Source: Octopus bimaculoides (lineage: Eukaryota). From it: DNA of 64,000 nt. The notes under the pieces are model-generated. The model had not been told where the DNA came from. It made no database searches and was given only the letters and a program-made list of their open reading frames with translations. The stretch's first letter is position 1, and every line of letters begins with the position of its first letter. Both the position numbers and the translations under genes were made by a program. Shown piece after piece: positions 50,428 through 62,925 of this stretch. The stretch covers positions 28,856,399 to 28,920,398 of the forward strand of contig NC_068994.1 in assembly GCF_001194135.2 (NCBI RefSeq), read 5' to 3'.

Positions 50428-51345
50428 TACTGAAGCCTGCTGATCAGTTGACATATATTTTTACATATAAAAATAAAAGCAAAAGTTAAGAACATTTTGG
50501 GGACAGTATAAGTTGCATAATTTTTTAAAAAATGAATTCAAAGAAAATAACCTACAACACCTAATGGCATGGATTTTTTTTAAAGATAATTAGATTAAAA
50601 AATAATCTATTGAATCTACTATACAATGTTTATGTTTTGTTAATTGAAATTTTGCATATTCTGTCATTCTTGTTATCAAATTTAAAGTACACATTCTTCT
50701 TTTAAACTGAGGTTGAATATGATTATAGTTTTTTTTGCTTGCATTTGACATGCTTTGTATTCAGTTAGCTTTTTTTTTTTGGTCTGGTATTGGGATAAGT
50801 TGTTCTCTGTTCATGGTTTTTTATAAATGGCGTCCAGTTGACAGTGCAAATTCTCAGAATACATAGTTTATGTGAGGCAGACCAAAATACCTTATTATTT
50901 TACATAGCTCTCCTTAAACCTGTAAGTCAGTTGTTTGTGGGGTTTTTTTTTTGCTGTTATTTCATTGATGTTTAAAAATAACTTTTTCAAACTTACTGCT
51001 GCTGCTGCGAGCTGGTAAAATCATTAGCACACTGGACAAATTGTTTAGTGGCATTTCGCCTGTCTTTACATTCTGAGTTCAAATGCTGCCAAGGTAAACT
51101 TTACTTCTCATCCTTCCATGATTGATAAAATAAGTTCTAGTTGAGCACTGAGCTTGATGTAACCAACTAGCCCCCTCTGCCAAAGATTTTCTGTCCTTGT
51201 GACCAGAGTAGAAAGGATTATTATTAAGGTGATGAGCTGGCAGAATCATTAGGATACCAGGTGAAATGTTTAGTAGTATTTCACCTGAGTTCAAATTCTG
51301 CTGAAGTTGACTTAGCCTTTCGTCCTTTCAGGGTCGATAAATTCA

Positions 51346-51782
51346 GAGTGACACGGAAGTAAAATATACAAAGCCCAGTATACCCATCATGACTTCCCGT
51401 TTGATAAGGGTACACCAGGCACATGCATCACAACCATATATGCGAGACATAATGATCTCATATCAAGATAAACAGCGCATTACTTTGCAGGTGGGGCCCA
51501 GTTAGAATTTCTTTCAGGTTGAGTAGCCCATCCCGCTCAAAAGGTCCCTGAATAAGAATTGTTTAAAGAATGTTGAACAAAATACCCATGTTTCCAGAGG
51601 TGAATTATCCAAATCCCCTCAACTGGTTACGGTCGAACAACTGACAAGCAAATCTGTAGTAATGAGCAGAATATTTACTGTAGCCCATCTTTTATACCAA
51701 GACAAAATAATGTACATAATAACACTTGCAATCAGTTAAGATCAAAAGCCATGAGAGCCACTGTCTGGTACTGCATCAGGCC

Positions 51783-51783
<1 letters not shown>
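51346..51783. mobile_element. Interspersed repeat of unknown class, abutting the end of a SINE C copy
   Basis: GC-richer non-coding block starting right after ggtcgataaatt of a SINE C and ending ..ctggtactgcatcagg before (TTA)n; recalled as a common cephalopod repeat, not verified. Confidence 0.5.
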
Positions 51784-51825
<42 letters not shown>

Positions 51826-52203
51826 AGTAGATTTGGTAGATAGATACTGAAAGAAGCCTGGTGTGTGTATGTGTGTGTGGTGAGAAATGTTTTTCATAGA
51901 AGACTAGAAATGAACAACACCACTTGTAGGATAATGATGATTCCTATTTACAACCATCACATAGTCTAGACATGGGTACACACACAAATGATAATGATAT
52001 TCATTCCATAGTATATCATGGTATAGTCAAAAGAAAGCACTATTTGGTTAACTGTTGCTAAGTTCTACTTAAAGCTGAAGCTTCGAGGGACTCTGCCAAA
52101 CACAATACATTAGAAATCACCCAGATTTTGTTCACTTGTATTTTATCAACAGTATAAAGAATAAGAATGAATACTGTCAGCTTTGCCATGATTTGAACCT
52201 TAA

Positions 52204-52426
52204 CCCTTCTGATTCTGAACTACTTGAGACCGCCTTTGGTACTATGATAAAAAAAATCTGTTTTAAAGTGATTTCAATTTTATCCCTTCCATAAAAATAT
52301 TCTGGTAATTTATGTTCTAAACACCAGCTTAATAATGACAAAATTATTTTACTAAATTCTTCATTATTTTCAAAATTAATTGAAACAAGATCAGCATGTT
52401 TCAACAGAAATAGGGTAACAAAAAGG
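52204..52426. mobile_element. piggyBac-type MITE (second family)
   Basis: TTAA|cccttctgatt ... gtaacaaaaagg|TTAA. Confidence 0.65.
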
Positions 52427-53629
52427 TTAACCCATACATAACAAATTTATAATAAATCATAGATGATGGTTAGATGATTGCTCTAACAAATATGTCTGCT
52501 GCACTTTGATATCAAATATTCATCAAACAGTTGCCTACAAATGATTTATTTAATATAAAGTGTGTGAAAAAATTATTAACCAATGATAGAGTTCATTGCA
52601 CCAGTAGTAATAGTGTGTGTTGAGCAGTAAATACAAAAGTAAATTTGGAAGACGAGCCAAAAGGCAAAAACAGAAAACAGTGCTACAATGAACTTTGTGT
52701 AAATCACCACTTCAAGATGTGGGCCTATAGTTGACCACTTCAGCACAAAAATTGCTTGTGGGCATCTTTGGAATGAGAAACTGCATGTACTACAAGACAA
52801 GAGAAATGATACCAGAGGGAGAGAAATCTGTGCTGAGCCCCAATTGACTGGAGTAGGGAGGTTCCCCATATGATTGTGGGTGGGTTACCTTGTCTGTTTA
52901 ACATTTCCAGAACATATCTTGTTTAAATTGTTTTATATAATTTTGTGTTTTTAAATCATCAACATCATTCACTTTTCCATGCTTGTATGCATCAGACAAA
53001 ATCCATTGAGGCAAATTTCCTCTAGCCAGATGCCCTTCCAGTTACCAACATCCAGCAATTCCCAAATAAGTTAATATTTCCTCTAGTCCTTTAAACGCAG
53101 ACATCTATGTATGTAGATGTTTATATCCATGCTTATAGGGGTGAGAAGATTTTTGTTGGAGCAGTAGTTTTCAAAATTGGATGCTCCTCTTCTTAGTACT
53201 AACCAATGAACCATGAAAGCAGCTGTTTAATCAGCTAAACTGAATGGATCAGGTAGAATATGGTATTGTTGGCAAGATTTGAACTCATTAACCTGTGGTC
53301 ATTAATTCAGTACTATAACCACACAAACTAAAACCTTCAGACTCATTACAAGCATTAAATTTCCACAATCCCTGATGATCTATCATAGTGATCATTAATA
53401 TTTCTAAAGCTGTGCATTACATTACACTGCTAAAGCTGTGTTTTCTAAAAGACTAATTACTTTTTCATGTACAGCTCTGATTATTTTAGTGACGTGCTAC
53501 AAAAATTTCAAAAGCAGTATAATACACTTCAAATTGCACCTCGCATATCAGTATTGTAACTTCACGGGCATGCATACAGGCATGTACACTCACAGATACA
53601 AACAGTACACACATACAAGCATGTATATG

Positions 53630-53660
<31 letters not shown>

Positions 53661-55764
53661 CACACACTGGTTTCAAAGATGAGTGCGTTACTTTGATCAG
53701 TTGAATTACCATTTAAGTAACTGAGTTTTCCACAGACAAGTGTTCCCTGATCATAATCTGAGCAAAATCAGCATGGCACAGTATATGTTGAAAAAGCTGA
53801 GCCCTTGGGTTACAGCTACAGTCCACCCAGAAAGCTTCCCCACAGTTTCTGTGTACTTAGTTATAATGGTTAGACTTGGGTTAACCTAGCAAAAGATACT
53901 TGCTCAAATACTATGCAATGGGATTAACCAAAGACCTTGTGATTCTGATTAAATCCACAGATGTGCTCTCCCCATTTCTCTGTTCCTTCTATTAGAACTA
54001 CTATAATGACTCTCTTCATCTGAACTTCCAAGCTATGTGCCCATCCACCTTCACCTCTGCTGAATTTCCCCTCATACACCCACATCTCTTCTCATCCTGA
54101 AGCATTGTACCCAATCCTTCTTACCCAGGACTACAAAACTCTGCAACTCCCCCACTGAGCTGTGTGTTTCCTTATAACCATTACAGTAGTTCACCAAGTT
54201 TGACATTAATCACTTAAATGATTAAAAAAAAAAAAAGAATCTTTAAAAGCACAATTTTGCCTCCACTTACAACAAGTAACACCATGTTTACAGCAGTTAT
54301 TTACAGTTAAGTGGACTGGACAATGTTCTAGAGTTAAGTGCCTGTGGCTGTGGTTACATCATTACAACATTGGTGACAGGATACTTACTGTTGACCTTCC
54401 TGTCACTTTAGTGACAGAGATAGAAAAAGGGATGAATGGGCATTTGGCTGGCTGTTTGTCTGTCACTCCTGATATAATGACCATCTACAACTCTCAACTT
54501 TTCTCAGAGTAAAATAAGCAGACAATATTTATAATACATTCCTTGATCCTTCTAACTACAGCACTATTTACTCAGCTGCTGTAATTATATGAGAGCAGAA
54601 TTACCCATATTCCTCTCCTTTCTTTGCTACTAGTTATCCCACTCCTTGAAACCACTTCCCTTACTACCCATCATGCACCCCTATCATCATCCTTTGCTCC
54701 TTTTTTACCATTGAATGCCCTTTTCCCCTGAACACTCTCTCATATCTGTCCAACACAGCCCTCTGTGGATTCTGTCAAAACTGTCCCATTCATGATAGTA
54801 TGGAATATGGGTATTAAATGAAAATGATGGTGATTGTTACATGTTTGTTCAGGGGTGCTGCTAGGTGCAAGCATGACTGTGATTAAGAAGTTTGCTTTGC
54901 AAACAAGTGGCTTCAGGATCAGTTCTACTGCATGGTGGTTTGGGTGACCAAAGTCTTAATAAAGGTGTGTGTGTGTGTGTGTGTGTGTGCATGGATGCTG
55001 ATATTCTATGTTTGTCACCGTTTGGACAAACTGGTGGTGGTATTGACATTTTTCCTTGACAGACATTATGACCAGTAACTCTGTGTTTTCAAAGACCTGG
55101 AATGAAAAAAAATTCCTTAACTTTAAAATTAGGGTTGATGACAGAAAGTGCATCTGACCATAAAATCCTGCCTCAAAATAGCTTTCATCTAACCCATGCT
55201 TACATGGAAAAATAGATTTGAAATTAACAAATGTGTAATAATATTACACAAATAATAGTTTCTGATTTGGACACAAGGGTAGCAATTTTGAGGGAAGCGG
55301 GTTAGTTCATTCTATTGACCCTATATTATCAATTATTGTTTGGTGACTGAAAGACGTTATTGTATTATTTGCTCATATTAGTTCAAACTAAGTGAAAGAC
55401 TTCAATCATGTTTCTGGGCTGAACACTTTATTACACATTCCCTCAGTTTATTCAGTTGTGTGCAATACAGACCAGATCATTAGAGAAATGTTACCCTGTA
55501 ATAAGCTAGTTGACTATCCTGGAGGAGTTTATCTTATTCTCTTAACATGAAACTAGAGCAGTAATACTTCACTTACATACTCACAAAGGACAAAGCTTAC
55601 ACCTATTTTCTCACAACAAACTTTAACCAGGTACTTGTGAGCTCACAGGGAACATTGAGTGTTTTGAGGGGTTGTGATTCTTCTTAGAAATAAAATATTT
55701 AAACCATTCTCGATATTTAATTTTAAACCTTTTGTTACCATATTTCTGTTGAGATACATTTTGT

Positions 55765-56190
55765 GTGTTTCTTTTACTTGTTTCGGTCATTTCACTGTGA
55801 CCATGCTGGGGCACCACCTTCAAGGGTTTTTTAGTCAAACAAATCAACCATGGGACATATTTTTAAATCTGATACTTATTGTATCAGTCTCTTTTATCAA
55901 ACTGCTAAGTTTGTGGACATAAACATGCCAACACTGGTTGTCAAGCAGTGATGGTGGGGGACAAACACAAAGGCACACACACATAGATACATGTGTGTGT
56001 GTGTGTATGTATATATATATATATATATATATATTTATTTATGTGCGCACGTATATATCAGGCGTCTTTCAGTTTCCATTTAGCAAATCCACTCACAAGA
56101 CTTGGGTTGCACTGAGGTTATAGTGGGAGACACTTGCCCATGGTTCCATGCAGTGGGACTGAACCTGGAACCATGTGGTTGGGAAGCAAA
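55765..56190 (-). mobile_element. SINE family B, near full length
   Basis: Same family with an expanded internal (TG)/(TA) tract. Confidence 0.8.
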
Positions 56191-56375
56191 ATAAGTGTCA
56201 TTATTAAAATGGTGTTTGGTACATAAATTAACATGAAATTTTGATGGAAGGTTTTAATGTAGGTCTCTTTAAGTTGTTCAGACTGGACATCAATGATATT
56301 TAATATCACCAATTTGGAAGGGCCTCAAATGTCATGGATACTGTTCTCTTATCATCATCATCATCATTTAATGAT

Positions 56376-57990
56376 GAAATAGATCAAGCAGAGTAGAAAC
56401 ATCAGTTGTCAAAACTAGACTGCACACAAATATCAAGAAAAACGAATATGCCTTTCAACTAATCAAGTGATGCTGAACTATTTGCTTTGAACAGTTCCAA
56501 ATTGAATGTTGCTGAAGACTTCAAGTACTTAGGCGGTTGGGTGAGCAGTTAGGAAGCAGATATCAAGATCAGGAAGGCACAAGCATGGACGCCTGTGACA
56601 AACTAAATACGGTCTGGAACTCCAAATTGACCAGGTGAATCAAAATCAAGCCATTCATTGCAACTATTGAATCAATTCTATTATGCAAGGGGGTACCCAA
56701 AAGAGACCAGATTTTGCAGTATTGTTTTATTCACTTAGTTTTATGTTTACACTTTTACTGCCTTCAAAGTATTCTCCATTTGAAGCCATGCTTCAGTCCA
56801 GACACATTCTCCACTGTTCAGAGCAGACCTGGAACTCTTTTGAAATGCCTTTTAACACCTCCATTGTTTTTTTTTCTTCACCTCTTCCACATCTGCAAAA
56901 CGTTTTCCTTTAAGGACTTTTTTTATTCAGGGAACAAAAAAAAAAGTTACAGTGAGGAAGATCAGACGAATAGGGAGGGTGGGTAAGTGGGGTCATGCCA
57001 TTTTTTATCAGAAACTGTCTCACACTCAAGGTGGTGTGCGCAAGCACATTGTCATGATGAAACCACCACTCTCCACTTTGCTACAGGTCGGGATGTTTTC
57101 GTCTCAAATGCTTCAGAACTGCCAAGTAAAATGTTTAGTTAACAGTTTGACCTGAAGGAAAAAAATTCTTTGTGGACAATTTTTTTCTTGTTGATGAAAC
57201 AAATCAGCATTGTCTTGACATTGGACTTCACTTAACTTTTCATGATGTTTTCATTCATTCAGGAGGTCAATGGTTGCCCTGAATTAGGTTGGTCCTCAAG
57301 TGACCATTTCTAAAGTATGAAAACCACTTGTAAACTTGTGTTTTGCTCATGGCAGTATCTTTGTAAGCTGTTTGAGGCATGACAACTGTTTTAGCTGCTG
57401 TTTTCTCTGGCAGAAAACAATTTCATGGAAGCATGCTGTTTCTTTGTTTTAGCCATTGCAAAAATTGACAAACAGGGAAGAAGCACTGCAAAACAAAGAC
57501 ACACCATGTAACAGTATGACCTTCCCGGATGCCACCAGTCAGCAGACTGATGCCTGAGGGTTGTATCAAGTGGCAGAAGCCTGAACTACAATGGGCTTGT
57601 CTCACAGAGAATGCTTCCAAAACGTTTTGGGTACCTCCTCGTATGGCAGTGAAACAGACACTGACAAAGAAATTATCGAATGGGCTAAATGGATGCGGCA
57701 CAAGAATGTTATGAATGCCATTATTGAGACCTACTGACAGTTAGTAAGAAGATCAAGCAAAGATGACTGACTATCTGATCACTGCATGCACCACCCTGAA
57801 CTGGAAACATTCAGACTAGTCTTGTGGAATCCACTTCATGGTGATGTAAGAAGAGGAAAACATTGTCACACATACGTTGACAACTTGATCACAGACACTG
57901 GCCTGGAATGTATCCGGGACCAAGAAGTGTGGACTTTGCTGCTGCAGCCCAGGTTGGAACCCAGCTATAGAAGAGTAGATCATTTAATGG
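56376..57990 (+). mobile_element. RTE-clade LINE reverse-transcriptase C-terminal relic, split by the mariner
   Basis: EDFKYLG..IKIRKAQAW..IATIESILL, then the mariner, then YGSET.TLTK..LVLWNPLHGDVRRGKHCHTYVDNL..DTGL; these are typical RTE post-RT motifs. Confidence 0.8.
56686..57641 (-). mobile_element. Decayed DD34D mariner element inserted into an RTE LINE
   Basis: TIRs caagggggtacccaaaa and cgaggaggtacccaaaa (reverse complement), flanked by TG (altered TA) and TA. Minus translation WFHHDNVLAHTTLSVRQFLIKNGMTPLTHPPYSSDLPHCN..GKRFADVEE..SNGEYFEG; 34-residue spacing, with the third D read as N. Confidence 0.88.
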
Positions 57991-59667
57991 CCATGTTCTC
58001 TGCTGGCATGGATTGAACCATTTTACAGGATCTAATGGGTCCAGGAACTGCATTGTGCTCTAGTGTCTGTTTTGGCATGGTTTCTATGGTTGAGTGCCTT
58101 TTCTAACACTAACCACTTTACAGTGTGTCTTGGGTGTTTTTCTCAGTGCCTCTGGCACTAGTGAAGTTGCCATGTTACTTGCAAGACAGAAAAGAACAGA
58201 GGGAAAGGAAAAAGCTCCCGCTACTAAAAAGTATTTGGGAGGAGAAGGTAGAGGTGAGTGGCTTTATGACAGGTGTTGAAAGGCTAAAGTGTGATTGAAG
58301 GACTTTCCACTTAAATGTATATGTTCTGTTAGAACAAACTATACTGCAGTAGTTATCATGAGAAAAACTCTTATATTGCCTTTTGGTGCAAAATGCATTC
58401 TTTATATCACTAGCTGGGAGATAAGGCCCTGCCAACTCCAGTGCCAAGACCATCAGATCATGTGATTTTGACCTTCCTTGGCCTTGTCAATGATGGACAC
58501 TTGACCATTAGAAATAGCAGTGATTCCTCTCCCTGCCAGGGAGGGATAAATAAAAGCATCTTGCTATAGAAGATAAAGGGAAGGCTGTGCCACCAGTATG
58601 AAAAATGCACCCAGCAATTCACAAAACTATGAAGCATGGGGTGAGGTGGGGTGAAAGTCAGTTTTATGCTAGGTAATGAAGTATTAGAGTATGAGCAAGG
58701 TGGGGGTGGAGCAATGCAGGTTGTTGCTGTAGAGGATTTGGCTACTCATATATCTGCTGACTGATTAAAAAAAAGAAATTTAATTGAAGTTTATTTCAGT
58801 TTAAGTAATTTATAACTGTTTACTTATAAGATTTTGAGACTAAAGTGTGATTTACATTTTATTGGGTCCCCCCACCACCACCACCACCACCACCCATCTT
58901 AAACGTTTTTGCTAAAGTATATTGAAGCATAGGAAAGTTTTCTATTCTGAATATAGCAATTAAATATAACAGAAATAAGTGATGTAAAGTGGATGGTCTA
59001 TTGTAAATAGATGGTTTAAATTGGTCCACTTGAGAATTATGTGATCCAGTAAGATGATAATATTATAGGAATAAGTAATAACGACAATGATAGTGACCTA
59101 TTGTGAATGAAAGTCTTTAATTGCTCCACTTATGAAATACTTGTGAAATACTTAAAGAGAATTAAGGAAGTTTCACACACATGCACATACATGTACACAC
59201 ATACATGCCGACACGTGTACATGCACACACACACATATTTATATATATATAAATATACATGCACATTCACATATATATATATTATATTAATAAGAATGAA
59301 TGAACATTATATTTAACTTTGAACATATTATACTATCAAATTTGGTAAGTGATATGTTTATATTGATATGCTATAACTCTGTAATTTCTACATGCTCTAG
59401 ACTTTTGTTTGCTTCAGAATGACTTTAGTTGTGGTAGCTAAAGACAAAGTTAAGAACCAGATTTCAACTAAATAGTGAAGTATCTCTCCTGTAATATTGT
59501 AAGTAGACACAGGGAGAAGGTTACATATGGTTACTTGGTATGCAAAAAATAGTAGCCGAGTCTACCTCATTACAAACAAAGATAGACAGATACATTGGAC
59601 ATTGTAGTCCCTTAATACACCAAAAGGTAGGATAGTCACTAGATGAACACTTAATAAGACAGTGAAC

Positions 59668-60225
59668 TAGCAGAACCATTAGCACATTGGACAAAATGTT
59701 TAGCAGCATTTCTTCTGGTTTTACATTCTGAGTTCAAAATCTGCCAGGGTCGGCTTTGCCTTTCATCCTTTTGGGGTTGATGAAATAAATACCAGTTGAG
59801 AACTGGGGTTGATGTAAGTGACTATTCCCCCAACCCCCAAATTTCAGGCCTCATGCCTATAGTAGAAAAGATTCTTCTTATTATTATTTAAAGCAGTGAG
59901 CTGACAGAATTGATAGCATACTAGAAATGCTTAGCGGTATTTCATCATCTCCGTGTTCTGAGTTCAAATTCTGCAGAGGTCAATTTTGCCTTTCATCCTT
60001 TTGGGGTCGATAAAATAAGTACCAGTTGAGTACTGGGGGGTGGAGGTGGGGTGTCAATGTAATTAACTATCTAGCTCCCCAGAATTTCAGGCCTTGTGCC
60101 TGTAGTAGAAATTATTGTTATCATTATTATTATTCGGATGGCAAACTGGCAGAATCAATAGCATGCAGGGCAAAATGCTTTGTGGCATTTCATTCATCTT
60201 CACATTCTGAGTTCAAATACCACCA
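59668..60225 (+). mobile_element. Three head-to-tail copies of SINE family C
   Basis: Each starts gagct(g/a)gcagaa.. with B-box gagttcaaat and ends ..gtagaaa(g)gatt(att)n; other pairs at 51007-51345 and 28605-28920. Confidence 0.8.
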
Positions 60226-60513
60226 ATAGTAGAAAGTATTATTATTTGATTTGACTCAGATTTGTTCTTATTCTTGGTAGAATTTATGTGGATAGCGGAT
60301 TACTGTTTGTGACCTCAAGCTTTCAATAACTTTTAAGTGCTCAAAACTTTTCTGAGAAGCAGACTTTTTGTAAAAGCTCTACAGGACATTCTGTTTCAAT
60401 CTCCTGCAATATTTCTCTATATCTTTACTCACAGTTTCTAATGTACCAATTATTATAGGCACAATCTTACAGTTTTCATATTTCAAATTTTATGGGATTG
60501 TATTTTCTTTTTA

Positions 60514-60990
60514 TATGTTGTGCTTGAGAAGATCCGTCAAGCCAAGTGAAATCATAGTCATGGCTGATGTTGGTGTCACATAACTGGCACCCATGCTGGT
60601 GACACGTAAAGAGTACCGTTGGAGCATTGGGCCTGACAGAAGCAAAGTGGCCAAGTTCCTTTCAAGTGTTGGACCATGCTGAGGCAAGGTGGCCAAATTC
60701 CTTTCAAGCATTGGGCTTCATGGAGGCAAAGTGGCTGAGTTCCTTTCGAGTGTTGGGCCTCACAGAGGAACTGACCAAGACCTTTGGCATTATGTTGTGC
60801 TTGAGAAGATGTGGCACGTAAAAGCACTCATTACACTCTCAGAGTGGTTGGCATTAGGAAGGGTATCCAGCCATAGAAAACCATGCCAAATCAGACTGGA
60901 GTCTGGTGCAGCCTTCCAGCTCACCAGCCTTGGTCAAATTGTCCAAGCCATGCCAGCATGGACAAAGGATATTAAATGATGATGATGATG
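60514..60990 (+). mobile_element. Family A repeat (tail ccatgccagcatgga..aaatgatgatgat) with internal 42-bp tandem units
   Basis: Tail with (ATG)n. At least 15 other family A fragments, e.g. 340-560, 2300-2530, 5230-5445, 15370-15470, 19040-19190, 34390-34610, 34920-35075, 39485-39640, 57990-58190 and 63280-63440. Confidence 0.8.
60625..60768 (+). repeat. 42-bp minisatellite, about 3.4 copies
   Basis: Units at 60625, 60667, 60709 and 60751, consensus about ygttgggcctcacrgaggcaaagtggccragttcctttcrag. Confidence 0.9.
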
Positions 60991-60994
60991 ATAT

Positions 60995-62195
60995 GCTTTT
61001 CCCAGATCATAATCTATTTTAACTTCTTGTAATGTCAAACTGAGTGATATTATGGCCAATACAAATAGTAATGGAGATAAATATACCATGTCTGATGTTC
61101 ACTTTCCCAAGTTTTGTTTTCCTCCAATCAATTCAGCATTCCAATATTTCATATTCTATCTGAACATTTTCTCCATATTTTCTATCTCTAAACATGCTCA
61201 TTGATTTACTCATCCAACTGTGTGGTACCATGTCATATACATTTTTGTAATACAACCATGTTACATTAAATCCTCTCAATCTGCATCTACAATTTCTGAT
61301 TATCATTTTATCAACTAATAAGTGGTCATTTGTTGCCCTACTTAGCTTCCTGCATCCTTTCCGCTCTACTGGAACTAGATTGTTTCTTTCCAGATGATAA
61401 TATAACTTTTCTGTCAAGACACCAGTTATAAGCCTCCATATAAGCGGTTATAGGTTGAAAATTTGATACCAATTTACCTTTCAAGAGGTCCTTGAGACAT
61501 AGCAAACATCCACTTGTCATCCAGGTAGGGATATGACCCTGCTGCAGGTACTCGTCTAGGTGTGTAGTGATCCTTTCGTGCAGCTGTATAAAATTCTTCA
61601 ACCAGTAACCTTGTACTCCATCCAGGTCAGGTCCTTTCCAATTTACTGGGTTTTTTTAAACTTTACTCTCTTTCTTTATGTCTTACTGGCCTGTTTTAAA
61701 GTTCTTTCTAAAATATTTTACTTTCTTTTGCATGGGGAATCCCTTTCTATTCCCTCAAAATGATGTCTTCTATTTGATAGAAACAATCTATTCTGTTCAG
61801 AATCTTTGCATTTGGCATCATTCATTTTAATTTGGCCTTTAATGCTATCACTCTTTGTGACAATTCTTCATGTACATTTTAATTTTCCCCTTTCTTCTAA
61901 CCTGTTCTGTCCATTCAATTTTCTGATTGCTATCTCATTCTTGAGCTCTCTTCTCATTATCCTATTCAATTGCTCTAGTTCTTTCTGTGTCTTTTCCAAC
62001 TTAATTCGTATTCTCTTCTTCTTGTTTGGCTCTTTCTTTTCTTTCCCCTTCTTTTCTACAACAGTCTTCTACTTGCATCCTATAATGTTGGCTACAGCAT
62101 TAGCTGCTTTGTTTCACTAATGTTCTCTGTTTTAACCAAGATCAAAACGCCATTTACTTTACCTGAGGCTTTCTTTAATTTTGCAGTCAATATAC
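60995..62195 (-). mobile_element. R4/Dong-like non-LTR retrotransposon relic: pre-RT and RT N-terminal half
   Basis: TENISET.., QNRLF.., KNFIQLHERI.., VSNFQPIT, EKLYYHLERNNLVPVERKGCRK.SRATNDHLLVDKMIIRNC..YKNVYDMVPHSW, LGKVNIRHGIF; multiple stops and frameshifts. Confidence 0.85.
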
Positions 62196-62199
62196 CTTA

Positions 62200-62925
62200 T
62201 ATCTGATAGTACTACACTGTTCACAGGTTTTGTTGGAACTCCCGGAGTCTTGCATGCATAGCAGGTTTGTTACCTGCAGCCTACAGTACCATGCTATCTG
62301 TTCTTTTCAGCTATCTAATACTTTCCTGATTATTCTGGCCATGCCAAGAAGGCAAACCTTTTGAAACAGTTCTACTGGGCACTCTATTCCAATTTCCTCA
62401 CCTTCATTTTCCATAGCCAGGCTATTTTATACTTAATAGGGTTGTATTTATCTATTTTTTTTGCCTTCCTTCTTGACTATTCGTGGATCAAAGAGCAACA
62501 TCAACTTTATTGCACATGTGGTGCATCTTGTCGACTATAGGTAGATCCGGTCTGTTATGCTCTAGCACCTGATCTGTTTGGATTGGAAAATCCCAGAGGT
62601 TTTCTTAGTTTCTGACTCTGCCACTCTCTGCGGTTTGTGCTCATACCATGTCTTGTCTCTCTCTAGCCCCACTTTTTAAATGATTTCCAATGTAGCACCT
62701 TTACTACCTGGTCATGTCGCCATGACTTGTAGTGGTTTTGAGCAAGTCTAAGGCATTCGTGTGTGATAGGGGCAATGGTTTTATCTACTCTATTACAGAT
62801 ACGGTACAACAGAGATACTTGCTCATTCCAAAGGTTGACCTTCCAGTTCGTGGCCAAAGCTTGGTCTTGTGCTGCCAGTAAAGTCCTCTCAGTCTCTTTT
62901 TTTAGTGTTCCTATCATCATTATTA
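62200..62925 (-). mobile_element. R4/Dong-like relic: C-terminal zinc-knuckle region, restriction-like endonuclease and 3' UTR
   Basis: GTLKKETERTLLAAQDQALATN..RICNRVDKTIAPITHECLRLAQNHYKSWRHDQV..LHW; LWDFPIQTDQVLEHNRPDL..VDK; QKVCLLGMARIIRKVLDS*. Confidence 0.85.

Noticed and set aside
60625-60768. 42-bp repeats as a CRISPR array
   Set aside because: Contiguous units with no unique spacers, eukaryotic context and no cas genes.
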